Source of the DNA: Candidatus Latescibacterota bacterium
GTDB lineage: Bacteria; Latescibacterota; UBA2968; UBA8231
Reading direction: 5' to 3'
Length of the DNA stretch: 64,000 nucleotides
NCBI GenBank assembly: GCA_965243025.1
Contig: CBDETY010000003.1
Location: 6,400,001-6,464,000 of the forward strand
In this document: piece after piece, positions 10,057 to 19,884 of the stretch
Layout: the number at the start of each line of letters is the position of its first letter
How positions within the stretch are numbered: position 1 is the stretch's first letter
Position numbers and translations under genes: made by a program
Notes under the pieces: generated by a model
Seen by the model: the letters and a program-made list of their open reading frames with translations, nothing else
The model's database searches: none
Told to the model about the DNA's origin: nothing

Positions 10057-10587
10057 GTGCGCACGAGCCTCGACCGCGATGGGCTGCGCGCGCTGATGCA
10101 GGAACTGGCGCGCTCGGCACGCGGTCCGCAGTCCCACCGGGTCTTCCTCGTCGGTGGAGGCACCGCCGTTCTCGAGGGCTGGCGCTCCTCCACCATCGAC
10201 GCCCACCTGCACAGCGATCGGGATGAGGTCTTTCGCGATATCCAGCAGATCAAAGAGCGCCTGCAGCTGAATGTCGAATTCGCCCGGCCGGAGGATTTCG
10301 TGCCGCCATTGGCCGGCAGCGATCAGCGGCACGTATTCATCCAGACGGTCGGCAAGGTCAGCTTCTACCACTACGACCCGTACGCCCAGATGCTGTCAAA
10401 GGTGGTTCGGGGGTTCGCACGAGACATCCAGGACGCGGGGAGCTTCCTGGCCAGCGGCATGGTCGATGCGGACCGCTTCCGATCGCTCGTGCAAGAGATC
10501 CCGAGCGCAGCGTACGCCCGATATCCCGCGTTGTCGCCGGAGGCTGTGCTGGAAGCCGTCGAGGACTTCCTGTCCGGCGCCGGATGA
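10057..10587 (+). CDS. DUF6036-like nucleotidyltransferase (putative toxin), catalytic DxD altered to DxH
   Basis: VFLVGGGTAVLEGWRSSTIDAHL...SKVVRGFARDIQD; GTG start at 10057 (the ORF track extends it upstream). Confidence 0.8.
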   Translation: MRTSLDRDGLRALMQELARSARGPQSHRVFLVGGGTAVLEGWRSSTIDAHLHSDRDEVFRDIQQIKERLQLNVEFARPEDFVPPLAGSDQRHVFIQTVGKVSFYHYDPYAQMLSKVVRGFARDIQDAGSFLASGMVDADRFRSLVQEIPSAAYARYPALSPEAVLEAVEDFLSGAG

Positions 10588-10659
10588 AGAGGGTCGCACT
10601 CAAACTTCCTTTGCATCAAGGCTGATTGGATTGCCGCTTCAAACCGATGGGAATATGGA

Positions 10660-11934
10660 ATGAAAGTCGATCTGGATAGATTCCGCGAAGACGGGTACCT
10701 GATCCTGCGGAACGTCGTTTCTCCCGAGCAGCTGGCGGACCTGCGGCTCTCGATCGAACTCATGGTGGACACCGAAAAGGCGCGTTCCGTGGCAGAGCGA
10801 AGGGCCGGGGACCCCCGCGGGGGAAGGTGGTACGAGGCAGTTGCACCGCGACTGAGCGAGCAATCGATAGACGAGCGCACCGCCGACGCCATCGATTTCT
10901 GTCTCGGTGAAACAGTGTACGGCGTCAGTCACCGACTCTTGAATTCACCGCCAGTAACGGCGATGACGTCCTTCGGGGCGATCTGCAGCGGCTTGATCGA
11001 CTCCGGCTACACCGACTGGCATCGCGACGCCAGCTCGGCGGAGCAGGCTCCGTTGAGCGGCATGCAGCAGGACCTGATGGAGAACGCCCCTGGGTACGTG
11101 CAGTGGAACATCCCCCTTTACGAGGACGGCGTTTTCTGGATTCTGCCGGGCAGCCACAAACAGCCGAGCACCGAGGCCCAGCGCAAACAGCTCCTGCTCG
11201 ATCCGAGATCGCCGCTCGAGGGCGGGATCCCGGCCGAGCTGGGCCCTGGCGATGCGATCGTCTACCCCAATCTCATGATGCACTGGGGCAGCACCTACAC
11301 GAGCCGGCTGCGGCGTACGATCCATCTCGGGTTTCGCTCGTTCGGCGGCGACATCTTCCCCTACGCCCACGAGCTCCGCCTGGCCGAGGACGACCGATTC
11401 CTGCAGTACCTCTCGGCCGAGGCCCGGATCCACTTCGAGCGCGCCGTCGAGGCCTACGCCGGCGAGCGCAACCAGATAGAAGAGACCTTTCGAGCGCTGA
11501 TTGACCACGACGACGGTGCTTTCCGCAGCTGCCTGGATAGACTGCATCCGGGAGCCACCTGCCGCATGGTGAGTGTCGTGCTGTTGTGCCGGATTGCGGC
11601 CAAGGTCGTCAAGCTGCATCAGCCCGGGATGGCCGCCCTGTCGGTGGAGGATAGAAAACCCCTCATCGACGGCTCGCCGCCGGCCTTTTACGCCGAGGAT
11701 ATGGCGCGGCGATTCACGGCAGGACAGGCTGCAGAGCTCGGGATGCGCTTTGCCGAGCTGAATCGACGGTTAGAGGCGGACGCGGAGCGCGTTCACAGTC
11801 ACTACGCCAGGCTCTACGCACAGCTGCGACCGGATGCCGAGGGCCCACCCGATTTCAAGTCGCGCCCGCTCAGAACCTTCAACAGTGAGATGCCGCAGGA
11901 CTTCGACGTCGACGATTTCGCGGCGAGTTGGTAA
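10660..11934 (+). CDS. PhyH-family Fe(II)/2OG dioxygenase with C-terminal extension
   Basis: FREDGYLILRNV, WHRD, LPGSHK, GPGDAIVY....MHWG. Confidence 0.85.
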   Translation: MKVDLDRFREDGYLILRNVVSPEQLADLRLSIELMVDTEKARSVAERRAGDPRGGRWYEAVAPRLSEQSIDERTADAIDFCLGETVYGVSHRLLNSPPVTAMTSFGAICSGLIDSGYTDWHRDASSAEQAPLSGMQQDLMENAPGYVQWNIPLYEDGVFWILPGSHKQPSTEAQRKQLLLDPRSPLEGGIPAELGPGDAIVYPNLMMHWGSTYTSRLRRTIHLGFRSFGGDIFPYAHELRLAEDDRFLQYLSAEARIHFERAVEAYAGERNQIEETFRALIDHDDGAFRSCLDRLHPGATCRMVSVVLLCRIAAKVVKLHQPGMAALSVEDRKPLIDGSPPAFYAEDMARRFTAGQAAELGMRFAELNRRLEADAERVHSHYARLYAQLRPDAEGPPDFKSRPLRTFNSEMPQDFDVDDFAASW

Positions 11935-12059
11935 AACGAAATGAACGGGCCGTTTACTTCTGGTGGGGACCGGCGTCTTCTGCGCCCCGACCTCTTCGCT
12001 CCCCTTTCCGCCGTCTCCTCGCCTTCCAATAATTAAAGTTTCTCGCCGTTCTTACCGAA

Positions 12060-12173
12060 GCTGTAATGCCTGCCTGGGTAGAAGGGCCCGTGAGCGCACT
12101 GGTGGCCAATGGCTGACAAGTACCGACAAGGAACCCCGTGCTGGGTTGATCTGGCGACGACTGATCTGGTTGG
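12060..12173 (+). repeat. Direct repeat B, copy 2
   Basis: Matches 9406-9519; its first about 59 nt also match the abiEi 3' end (7857-7915). Confidence 0.93.
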
Positions 12174-12903
12174 GGCGAAAGCGTTCTACGCCGGGTTGTT
12201 CGGTTGGGAGTATGTGGACGAGGAGATGGGGGAGATGGGCATCGGGGTTTATTCGATGGCGATGTTGGCCGGGTCGGCGGCCGTGGCGATTTATGAATCG
12301 GGCCCCGGGCAGATTCGTCCGGACGGGGCGGCGAAGTGGAACGTTTACGTTTCGGTGGATGACGTCGACGCCGTCCTCGAGCGGGTGACAACGAATGGCG
12401 GGGCCGTGCTGGCTGGTTCACGGGACGTTGATCGCGCCGGCCGGGTGGCGGTGATCGCGGACCCGACTGGTTGTGTGACGACGCTGTGGGAGCCCGGCGA
12501 GTTCGCGGGATGCGGAGTCATGTCGGAGGCGAGGGCGTTTGCCTGGACGGAGCATCTGAGCACGGATCGTGCGGCATCGGTCCGGTTTTTGGAGGAGGTT
12601 ATCGGTGTCGAGACTGCGACGGCGGGCGAGGAACAATCGGCGCCGTATTCGACGTTGTTGGTGGGGGACAAGGAGGTAGGCGGGATAATGCAGATGCCGG
12701 ATCCGATGATCGAAGAGGGGGTCGCGTCCGAGTGGTACGTGTATTTCCGGGTCGGGGATTTCGACGAATCGGCGGCTCATGTGCAGAGGCACGGAGGGCG
12801 GTTGATGGCTGAGCCGGAAGACATCGAAGGGTTCGGACGGATGGTGGTTGCCCGGGATCCGCAAGGTGCCGGCTTCTGTATCGTAGAACCGGATAAGGGG
12901 TAG
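12109..12903 (+). CDS. VOC/glyoxalase family protein (two-domain)
   Basis: GTPCWVDLATTD....KAFYAGLFGW; W.VY.SVDDVD; GR.AVIADPTG; second domain RDPQGAGF. Confidence 0.92.
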   Translation: MADKYRQGTPCWVDLATTDLVGAKAFYAGLFGWEYVDEEMGEMGIGVYSMAMLAGSAAVAIYESGPGQIRPDGAAKWNVYVSVDDVDAVLERVTTNGGAVLAGSRDVDRAGRVAVIADPTGCVTTLWEPGEFAGCGVMSEARAFAWTEHLSTDRAASVRFLEEVIGVETATAGEEQSAPYSTLLVGDKEVGGIMQMPDPMIEEGVASEWYVYFRVGDFDESAAHVQRHGGRLMAEPEDIEGFGRMVVARDPQGAGFCIVEPDKG

Positions 12904-12913
12904 TCGGCCCTCC

Positions 12914-14074
12914 ATGAGTCAACCAACCCGAGTTGCAATTATCGGTCTCGGACAACGTGGACTTCAGCACTTGAACGCCCTGTGGCGGCTTCAGGGCGAA
13001 GGGCTTGTCCGGATTGCAGCGCTGATCGACGCCTTCGAGGACAATCTCGCAGAGGCGAAAATCCGGAGTCATGTGGATGGGTTTCGCATCGAGGGGATCG
13101 ATACCTCGACAGATTTTCGGAAGACTCTCGAGGAACTGCCGCTGGATGCAATCTATTTTGCGCTTCCTCCCGGAGTCCACAACGGCGAAGTCATCCAGGC
13201 GGCGAACGCGGGGGTCCACATCTTTGCCGAGAAGCCGATGAGCCTGTACCTGAACGAGGCCATCGACATGGAACGCGCAATACGGGAAAACGGCGTAATC
13301 TCCACGGCGGGATTCCAGCAGCGCTACGACTCGCGTTATGAAGCCGTCCGGAAATTCCTCGCGGACAAGAAGCCGGTCATGATAACCACTGTAGGGAATG
13401 GCGCCCTCGAAGACCATTCAACCAAGCACACTAAAACCGAAACCTTGGGCGGCCCCGCCAACCGTGTCTGGACGGCAAACTACGAGTGGTCCGGGGCATC
13501 CGTCGTGGAAGGGGGGATTCACCAGACAGACCTGATGAGGTACTGGTTCGGTGACATCTCATGGGTCGAGGCGGATTACATCCACCGCGATGCGTCGGAC
13601 ATCGTCGATGGCGGGGATAATCCGTATGCCTACAGCGTGAGGTACGGATTCGAGTGCGGCTGCATCGCCAATCTCATCCTGTCCCGTCTGCGCCGGACGT
13701 ACTATGGCGACGGCTATGAAAGCATACTCTGGACGCACGGGCATCTGAAGTTCGAGGGAGATGAACCGGTTGCATATTACTACGATGGACCGTATCCGCC
13801 GGAGCGGACACCGCCGCTGGAAGCGGTGCGCCATCCACTTCCGACAGCGCCTCCCGTAGACACGACAGAGCAGATCAGCCGCGCTTTTCTCGGCGCGATC
13901 GAGGCAGGCAACCCGGGCAAGCTTCGGAGTACCTTCGCGAGCAGCATGAACAGCCTCGCTGCGGTCCTGGGCGCGAATGCCTCCGATCAGCTGAAAGGCG
14001 AGCGTATCTATCTCGAGGATTTTTCAGTTGACGAGAGGTACGATCGCTTCCGGCGGAAGCCTGCCGGCAGTTAG
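12914..14074 (+). CDS. Gfo/Idh/MocA family oxidoreductase
   Basis: RVAIIGLGQRG Rossmann motif, HIFAEKPM, GFQQRY, GIHQTDL. Confidence 0.92.
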   Translation: MSQPTRVAIIGLGQRGLQHLNALWRLQGEGLVRIAALIDAFEDNLAEAKIRSHVDGFRIEGIDTSTDFRKTLEELPLDAIYFALPPGVHNGEVIQAANAGVHIFAEKPMSLYLNEAIDMERAIRENGVISTAGFQQRYDSRYEAVRKFLADKKPVMITTVGNGALEDHSTKHTKTETLGGPANRVWTANYEWSGASVVEGGIHQTDLMRYWFGDISWVEADYIHRDASDIVDGGDNPYAYSVRYGFECGCIANLILSRLRRTYYGDGYESILWTHGHLKFEGDEPVAYYYDGPYPPERTPPLEAVRHPLPTAPPVDTTEQISRAFLGAIEAGNPGKLRSTFASSMNSLAAVLGANASDQLKGERIYLEDFSVDERYDRFRRKPAGS

Positions 14075-14189
14075 TTCCGTCCGCCAGGACAGTCAGCGGA
14101 AGGCAGCGGATGCCCCGCGCTCGGGGGGCGAGTCGCATCCGGCCGCCTGCCGCCACAAAGACGCGCTTTAACTGCGCGGCGTGCAGCTC

Positions 14190-15002
14190 TCATCTCGCCG
14201 CGCGATACGGTTCCGCGTCGAATCCCGGGTACCGCGCCGCCATCCCCGCGATGAATCCTTCCGTCCACAGCGGGTCGCCCGGCGGCGGGAAGCCCAGCAG
14301 TTCGCGCTGGCGCGGGGTGGCCTCGGCCATGAAGCGGTTCATGGCGGCACCCTTGGCGCCGCTTTTGTACGTGAAGGTGCGGCCGCCGTCCCAGGGGCGG
14401 TCCTTGCGCGTGAAGCCCACCCACATGACCGGGCGATGCCCCGCTGGCGCGGTGAAATCGGAAGCGGCGTGGCGGGTGAAGACGCTGTACAGGCATACCG
14501 ATCCCCCGGGGACGATCATCGGCACGGCTTCCTCCTCGGAGCCGCCCCTCGGCACCATGCGGATCGGGGCCATGCCTTCCCCGACGTCGTCGAAGCAGTA
14601 GAAACAGACCAGGTTCATGAAATCGTCGGGCTCGATGACCGGCCCCAGCGTGTTGTTGCCGTAGTCGATGTGGAAATTGGTCCCGTGCTCCTCACCGGCG
14701 TATTTCATGCCCAGGTGGCCCTCGCACAGCCGGATCTCGCGCGTGCCCAGGACGCGCTCGGCCGCGTCGATCAGATCGGGATGGACGGTGACGTGATTGA
14801 GGCCGGAATGGTCCCAGGGGAAGAGGACCTGTTGAGGGGTGTCGTTGCGCCGGCCGTTGGCCAGGTACCGGTCGTAAGGGGGAGCGTACCGGGTGAAGAA
14901 GCCGTCGAGCGCAGCTTGCTGCTCGTCCCTGGTCAGGAAATTCTCGACGATCACAAAGCCTTGTTCTTTGTACGTAGCGAGTTGGGCGTCGGTGATGTGC
15001 AT
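14190..15002 (-). CDS. PhyH-family dioxygenase
   Basis: ITDAQLATYKEQGFVIVENFL, FHID, GSVCLYSVFTRHAAS. Confidence 0.88.
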   Translation of the reverse strand: MHITDAQLATYKEQGFVIVENFLTRDEQQAALDGFFTRYAPPYDRYLANGRRNDTPQQVLFPWDHSGLNHVTVHPDLIDAAERVLGTREIRLCEGHLGMKYAGEEHGTNFHIDYGNNTLGPVIEPDDFMNLVCFYCFDDVGEGMAPIRMVPRGGSEEEAVPMIVPGGSVCLYSVFTRHAASDFTAPAGHRPVMWVGFTRKDRPWDGGRTFTYKSGAKGAAMNRFMAEATPRQRELLGFPPPGDPLWTEGFIAGMAARYPGFDAEPYRAAR

Positions 15003-15091
15003 TCAGGGGTCCGCTTTTTCTTGTCGCCGCAAGTTACCACAGCCGGGGGGCGCGCCCCGGCCAGGAAGGAAAGCACCAAACCGCCGCAATA

Positions 15092-15595
15092 CTAACGATG
15101 GCTGGACGGGGCACCGTTGGTCACTTCGGTGAGCGCGGCGTCGAGGCCGTCGGCGTCGTCGGTGCCGATGCGGATAATCTGTTCCCGGCCGAGATCGTCG
15201 CGGTAATGGACCTCGATGGCGTCGAGGCCCCAGACCTCGTAGCACCACCCTCGCCGGTCGGAGAGCAGTCCGTAGATGGCCCCGGGGCCGCCGAGGCCGT
15301 AATACCAGGGGTTGCGGGCTCGCGTGAAAGAGATGATCCCCTCGAGGGGAATCGTCCGCGCCGGTCCGAACGGCCGGAACGCGGCACGAAGGTGCCGGCC
15401 GGTGATTTCGGTGTCCATCGTGCACCAGACGGCGGCTCGCACGGCGACGACCGCACCGAGCGCGAAGGGGGCCGCCGCAATGCGAGGGTCGGCCGGAACC
15501 AGGACGAGCAAGGCGATCACCCAGAAGAAACCGAGGGGGACCAGGATCTTCCTGGTCGAGCGCTGACGATGCCGGTAGCGGTCCACGTTGATCAT
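15092..15595 (-). CDS. Hypothetical membrane protein
   Basis: Two N-terminal hydrophobic helices; YRHRQ, WYYGLG, IRIGTDD..GL..AL pattern. Confidence 0.7.
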   Translation of the reverse strand: MINVDRYRHRQRSTRKILVPLGFFWVIALLVLVPADPRIAAAPFALGAVVAVRAAVWCTMDTEITGRHLRAAFRPFGPARTIPLEGIISFTRARNPWYYGLGGPGAIYGLLSDRRGWCYEVWGLDAIEVHYRDDLGREQIIRIGTDDADGLDAALTEVTNGAPSSHR

Positions 15596-15721
15596 GTCAA
15601 GCTTTCACGGTCGTTCCCCCGGATTGAGCCTGTTTCGTAAAATACATCCTTCTTCATTTCGGCTGAATCCTCAGCGGACGGCACGGCACCGATGCCGGTG
15701 CAGCGACATCAGAGGAGTTTA

Positions 15722-17359
15722 GTGCCAGTGACTGAAACACCTCCGGGACCGAGACCCATCGAGCCCAGGGGCGGCATTCGCCTGCTGTTCGTGGCCGACC
15801 TTTCGAGTCACGCAAGAGAGCCGTTCATCAGCGACCCGGCCGCGCCCGAACAGATCGAAAGGCTCGTCGACCACTTCGCTCTCAGCGGGGCCGACGCCCT
15901 CGGCCAGGAGGTCTTCGGCCAGGGATGGGTCACCTACTTCCGCTCCGACACCTATGAGTTCGACCAGCGTCCCCAGCACCGCCGCTGGATCCCCCTGCTC
16001 GACCGGGGCATCAACCCCCTCGAGATAATCTGCGGGCGCGCCCATGAGCGCGGCATGAAGTTCATCGCCGGCGCCCGCTTCGGCGACGACCACGGGGCCC
16101 CCACCCAGGGCGCCCGGTGGATGTTCGACCACCCGGAGTTCATCCTGAAAGAAGTTCCGCCCGGACCCCTCGCCAATCCGGGCAACGCGATGGACTTCTC
16201 CTTCAAAGAGGTGCGCGACTTCCACTTCGGGGCCATCGAGGAGATCGCCCGCCGCTTCGACGTCGACGGCATCGAGATAACCTTCCGCAGCGACAACCAC
16301 TTCCCGTACCCGCGCTCGGTCTCGCGCGAACGCCGGCACCTGATGACGGAGCTCTTCCGGCGCATCCGCGGCATGCTTGACGACGAGGGGCGGCAGAAGG
16401 GCAGGAAGCTGATCCTGGGCGTGCGCGTGCCGGAGACGATCGACGAGTGCCACGACTGCGGACTCGACATCCCGGCGTGGATCGCCACCGGCGTTATCGA
16501 CTACGTGAGTCCGTCGAACGCCATGTACGCGAACCACAACGCGCAGTGGGAGGAGTTTTCGCGCCTCACGGAGCGAACGTCCTGCCTGCTGCTGCCCGGG
16601 GTCATGCCGTTCTGCTCGGCCGCCGACGCGCGCAGCGACACCGTCCCCTGGGCGCTCCAGCCCGACACCGGCAGGAGCGGCAGCGCCGACCACATGGCCT
16701 TCCAGTCGCGGGTCTACCTCCGCCCGATGGCCGCGAACAACTACCGCGCCCTCGCCAACAACATGTACGGGGCCGGCGCCGACGGCGTTTCGAGCTTCAA
16801 CTACCAGGAGCAGTACACGGGAAACCTCATGGGCGACTTCCCCGGCTCGCTGGCCCTGCTCAGAGAGCTGAAAGACCCCGATGCCCTGAAAGCGGGCCAC
16901 CGCACCTACCTGTTCCGCTCGATGATGGGCGGGGTGGACTACCACGGCGCCATGGGCATGGCCTCCACAGGCGCGATCAAGGACGACAAGATCCTCCTGA
17001 GCCGCGGGACCCCCGGCGTCCGGCAGGAATACCGGCTCCGCCTCTGCGAGCAGTGGGACCGGATCGGCTACGCCTACGCGGCGGTCCGCGCTCAGAATCT
17101 CAGGCCCGGCGACGACCTGGCGCTCGACGTGAACGGCGCGGCCGTCCCGGAAGACAACGTCCGCCGGATGTGGCACGAGGCCGGCCGCTCGACCAACATC
17201 GGCCGTCCGCTTCCCGCCTACTCGACCGTCATCTTCGACCTCGACCCGGACGGCATGATCGACGGAGACAACACTCTCGGCGCAATGCTGACAGAGCAGG
17301 AGGAGGGAACATCCGGCGATATCCTCATCGACGAGATCGACGTTACCGTGATGCCCTGA
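15722..17359 (+). CDS. GHL10-like (family-10-like) glycoside hydrolase TIM barrel
   Basis: RAHERGMKFIAGARFGDDH, MDFSFKEVRD, RFDVDGIEITF, GADGVSSFN; RBS GAGGAG before GTG 15722. Confidence 0.75.
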   Translation: MPVTETPPGPRPIEPRGGIRLLFVADLSSHAREPFISDPAAPEQIERLVDHFALSGADALGQEVFGQGWVTYFRSDTYEFDQRPQHRRWIPLLDRGINPLEIICGRAHERGMKFIAGARFGDDHGAPTQGARWMFDHPEFILKEVPPGPLANPGNAMDFSFKEVRDFHFGAIEEIARRFDVDGIEITFRSDNHFPYPRSVSRERRHLMTELFRRIRGMLDDEGRQKGRKLILGVRVPETIDECHDCGLDIPAWIATGVIDYVSPSNAMYANHNAQWEEFSRLTERTSCLLLPGVMPFCSAADARSDTVPWALQPDTGRSGSADHMAFQSRVYLRPMAANNYRALANNMYGAGADGVSSFNYQEQYTGNLMGDFPGSLALLRELKDPDALKAGHRTYLFRSMMGGVDYHGAMGMASTGAIKDDKILLSRGTPGVRQEYRLRLCEQWDRIGYAYAAVRAQNLRPGDDLALDVNGAAVPEDNVRRMWHEAGRSTNIGRPLPAYSTVIFDLDPDGMIDGDNTLGAMLTEQEEGTSGDILIDEIDVTVMP

Positions 17360-17405
17360 GGCAGGGTGTGAAAGTATCGAAGCCAACACAGGCGAAAGGA
17401 ATCCC

Positions 17406-18476
17406 ATGAAGACATCCGATCCGTTTGAAAAAGGTCTCGCAGCCGGTGAGGCAGCGGCTTCTGCCGCCGCCGGCGCGTCGCAAACAAAGTCGAACGGCGC
17501 GCGCATGTACGTGCGCACCCAGAGTTTCGGGTCGACCGATGCCGAGTTGCGCTTTCTGCAGCGCTGCGGCGTGCGCCACAAGGCGGCCAACTTCCCCTTC
17601 CACCCCGGCCGCGGCTGGGACCTCGACGAACTGGTCCGGGAAAGAGAGCGCCACGAGGCCTTCGGGCTGACCCTGGACATGAGCCTGCTGCCCATATATC
17701 AGGAACTTCCCAACATCATCTACTTCGGCAAAAGTCCGGACCGGGACATGGAAATCGACCTGGTGTGCGAAATGATCCGGACCGCTTCCCGCGCCGGCAT
17801 CGATTCCCTGCGCTACAACACCTGCATCCTGCCCATCGACCGCACCGAACGGGAACAAGGCCGCGGCGGCTTCGTCCACACGGCGTTCCGCCTGGACAAG
17901 GTCCCGGCAGAAGAACAGGCCGGGCTGACCGAAGCCGGACGCGTCACCGCAGAGATGCACTGGGAACGGATCGAGTACCTGCTCGACCGCATGATCCCGG
18001 TGGCGGAAGAATTCAAGGTCCGAATGGGAAATTCCCAGGAAGACCCTGCCACGCCCCCCGGTTACAGGGGCGTCGACAAGGTCCTCAACGACTTCGAGGG
18101 CATGAAGCGGTTCATCGAGATTCAGCGCAGTCCCTACAACGGCTGGAACTTCTGCGTCGGCTCCATCGCGGAAGGGCTCGAAGATCCTGCCAGCGAGATC
18201 TGCCCGATCATCGAATACTTCGGAAGCCGCGACACGATCTTCCTCGTTCACTACCGCAACATTCTCGGGGGGCGCTACAGCTTCCGCGAGGCCCTGCCCG
18301 ATGAAGGTGACATGGACTTCCACCGGGTGTTGAAGGCCCTCAGGGACACGGGCTACTGTTACGGCATCGATCCCGACCACGTCCCGCGCACCGACGACGA
18401 TCCGCAGGGCAACTACCAGTCCCTTGCCTACTGCTTCGGCTACATCAACGCCATGATTCAGGCGGTCTACGGTTGA
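17406..18476 (+). CDS. uxuA: Mannonate dehydratase family protein
   Basis: DLVCEMIRTASRAGI..LRYN, IPVAEEFKVRM....EDP, NFCVGS, VHYRN, PDEGDMD, PDHVP, AYCFGYINAM. Confidence 0.85.
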   Translation: MKTSDPFEKGLAAGEAAASAAAGASQTKSNGARMYVRTQSFGSTDAELRFLQRCGVRHKAANFPFHPGRGWDLDELVRERERHEAFGLTLDMSLLPIYQELPNIIYFGKSPDRDMEIDLVCEMIRTASRAGIDSLRYNTCILPIDRTEREQGRGGFVHTAFRLDKVPAEEQAGLTEAGRVTAEMHWERIEYLLDRMIPVAEEFKVRMGNSQEDPATPPGYRGVDKVLNDFEGMKRFIEIQRSPYNGWNFCVGSIAEGLEDPASEICPIIEYFGSRDTIFLVHYRNILGGRYSFREALPDEGDMDFHRVLKALRDTGYCYGIDPDHVPRTDDDPQGNYQSLAYCFGYINAMIQAVYG

Positions 18477-18531
18477 TCCATATGCAGGTGGGAGACGGCC
18501 GGCGCATCCCCGGTTCCCGGGGGGACCTGGC

Positions 18532-18777
18532 GTGACCCTGTCCGACCTTCGGCGGCGGCCGCCGGAACGCCGGGCGGACTTCGTCAGGGAGATCGCCGAC
18601 GACGTGAGCCGGCGCATCCGCGAGGGACTGGTGTCCGAGGCCGAGGCGCGGGAGCTGGCCGCCGGCCTGCGCTTTCAGGCGGGGCTGCTGCTGCCGGGGC
18701 GCCTGGAGGCATTCGACCGCATCTACGGCTCCCGCTTCGAGCGGCTGATCCGCCAGTTCCTGCGCGGCGAGAGCTGA
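18532..18777 (+). CDS. Small conserved-looking hypothetical protein
   Basis: EARELAAGLRFQA.LL.PG..EAFD.IYG.RF.RLI; GGGGGA RBS; GC3-rich. Confidence 0.6.
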   Translation: MTLSDLRRRPPERRADFVREIADDVSRRIREGLVSEAEARELAAGLRFQAGLLLPGRLEAFDRIYGSRFERLIRQFLRGES

Positions 18778-18909
18778 CCGCGGCGTGCCGGTCCCTTCAC
18801 CGACGGGGCGCTGCAGGCGACCCCCACCTGGGTCTGCGGGTCGGCATGCCGCCTCCCGAGTCCCTGAGCCCAACAGCCGGCGGTCGCGCCGGCCGGAAAG
18901 GAAACTGGT

Positions 18910-19851
18910 TTGACCGTACCTGCAGCCGTCTGGGAGATACCCGAGCCGCTGTCAGTTGACAGCGTGAAGGTGGACGACGACGCCACCATCGTCCTGAGGC
19001 GCCACGGGAATCCGGCGGGGCCCCGGCTCGTCCTGTGCCACGGGAACGGCCTCGCCATCGACCTCTACTACCCGTTCTGGTCGCTGCTGGCGGCCGACTT
19101 CGACCTGGTGATCCATGACCTCAGGAACCACGGCTGGAACGAAGTCGGAGCCCTGGAGAACCACCGTTTCGACGCTTTCTCACGCGACCACGACCGCATC
19201 TTCGCAGCGATCGGAAGGCTCTACGGCGACAAACCCACGGCGGCCGTCTTCCACTCCATTTCCGCCCTGGCCGGCCTGCACCTGCCTTCGAGGGGCGGCA
19301 ACTACTCCGCGATGGTGCTGTTCGCCCCGCCTCTCTGCAACCCGGGCTCGAGGTACGGGGAGTTCGAGCTGATTGCCGTGCGAACCGGCGACATGCTCAT
19401 GAGGAGGGCGCCGTGGTTCCGGACCAGGGAAGAGCTCGCCGAGCTCCATACCAACCTCCATTACTTCGAGCGGGCGGTGCCGGGGGTCTTCGATCTCGTG
19501 GCCAGAACGACCCTCAGGGAGTCGGCGACCGGACAGGGTTACGAGCTCCGGTGCCCGCGCGAGTACGAAGCGCAGATCTGGTATGAAGCCTCGCAACCTG
19601 CGGTGTCGGTGGACTTCGGCTCCCTGCGATGCCCCACCAGGATCGTCCCGTCGGATCCAGCCATGGACCCGAACCGGCCGAAGTTCGATTTCAGCGGGGC
19701 CGCAGGCGTCGAGCACGAGTTCGTGCCGGGGACGACACACTTTCTGCAGCTCGAGAAACCGGAGAAGTGCGCGGCGGTGATGCTGGACTTCCTGAGCCGG
19801 CAGGGCTTTGTCGAGAGTCCGCGATTGGCCGCGGGACGCGCGCCGAGGTGA
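18910..19851 (+). CDS. Alpha/beta hydrolase
   Basis: LVLCHGNG, DLRNHG, nucleophile elbow variant FHSISA, GTTHFLQLEKP. Confidence 0.88.
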   Translation: MTVPAAVWEIPEPLSVDSVKVDDDATIVLRRHGNPAGPRLVLCHGNGLAIDLYYPFWSLLAADFDLVIHDLRNHGWNEVGALENHRFDAFSRDHDRIFAAIGRLYGDKPTAAVFHSISALAGLHLPSRGGNYSAMVLFAPPLCNPGSRYGEFELIAVRTGDMLMRRAPWFRTREELAELHTNLHYFERAVPGVFDLVARTTLRESATGQGYELRCPREYEAQIWYEASQPAVSVDFGSLRCPTRIVPSDPAMDPNRPKFDFSGAAGVEHEFVPGTTHFLQLEKPEKCAAVMLDFLSRQGFVESPRLAAGRAPR

Positions 19852-19884
19852 GGCGCGCGGCGACCGCTCAGGTCGCCCCCGGCT

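Noticed and set aside
7583-12173. Integron/attC or CRISPR interpretation of the repeats
   Set aside because: Repeats are coding-derived, of unequal length and lack attC R/L boxes or regular spacers; no intI or cas gene in the window.
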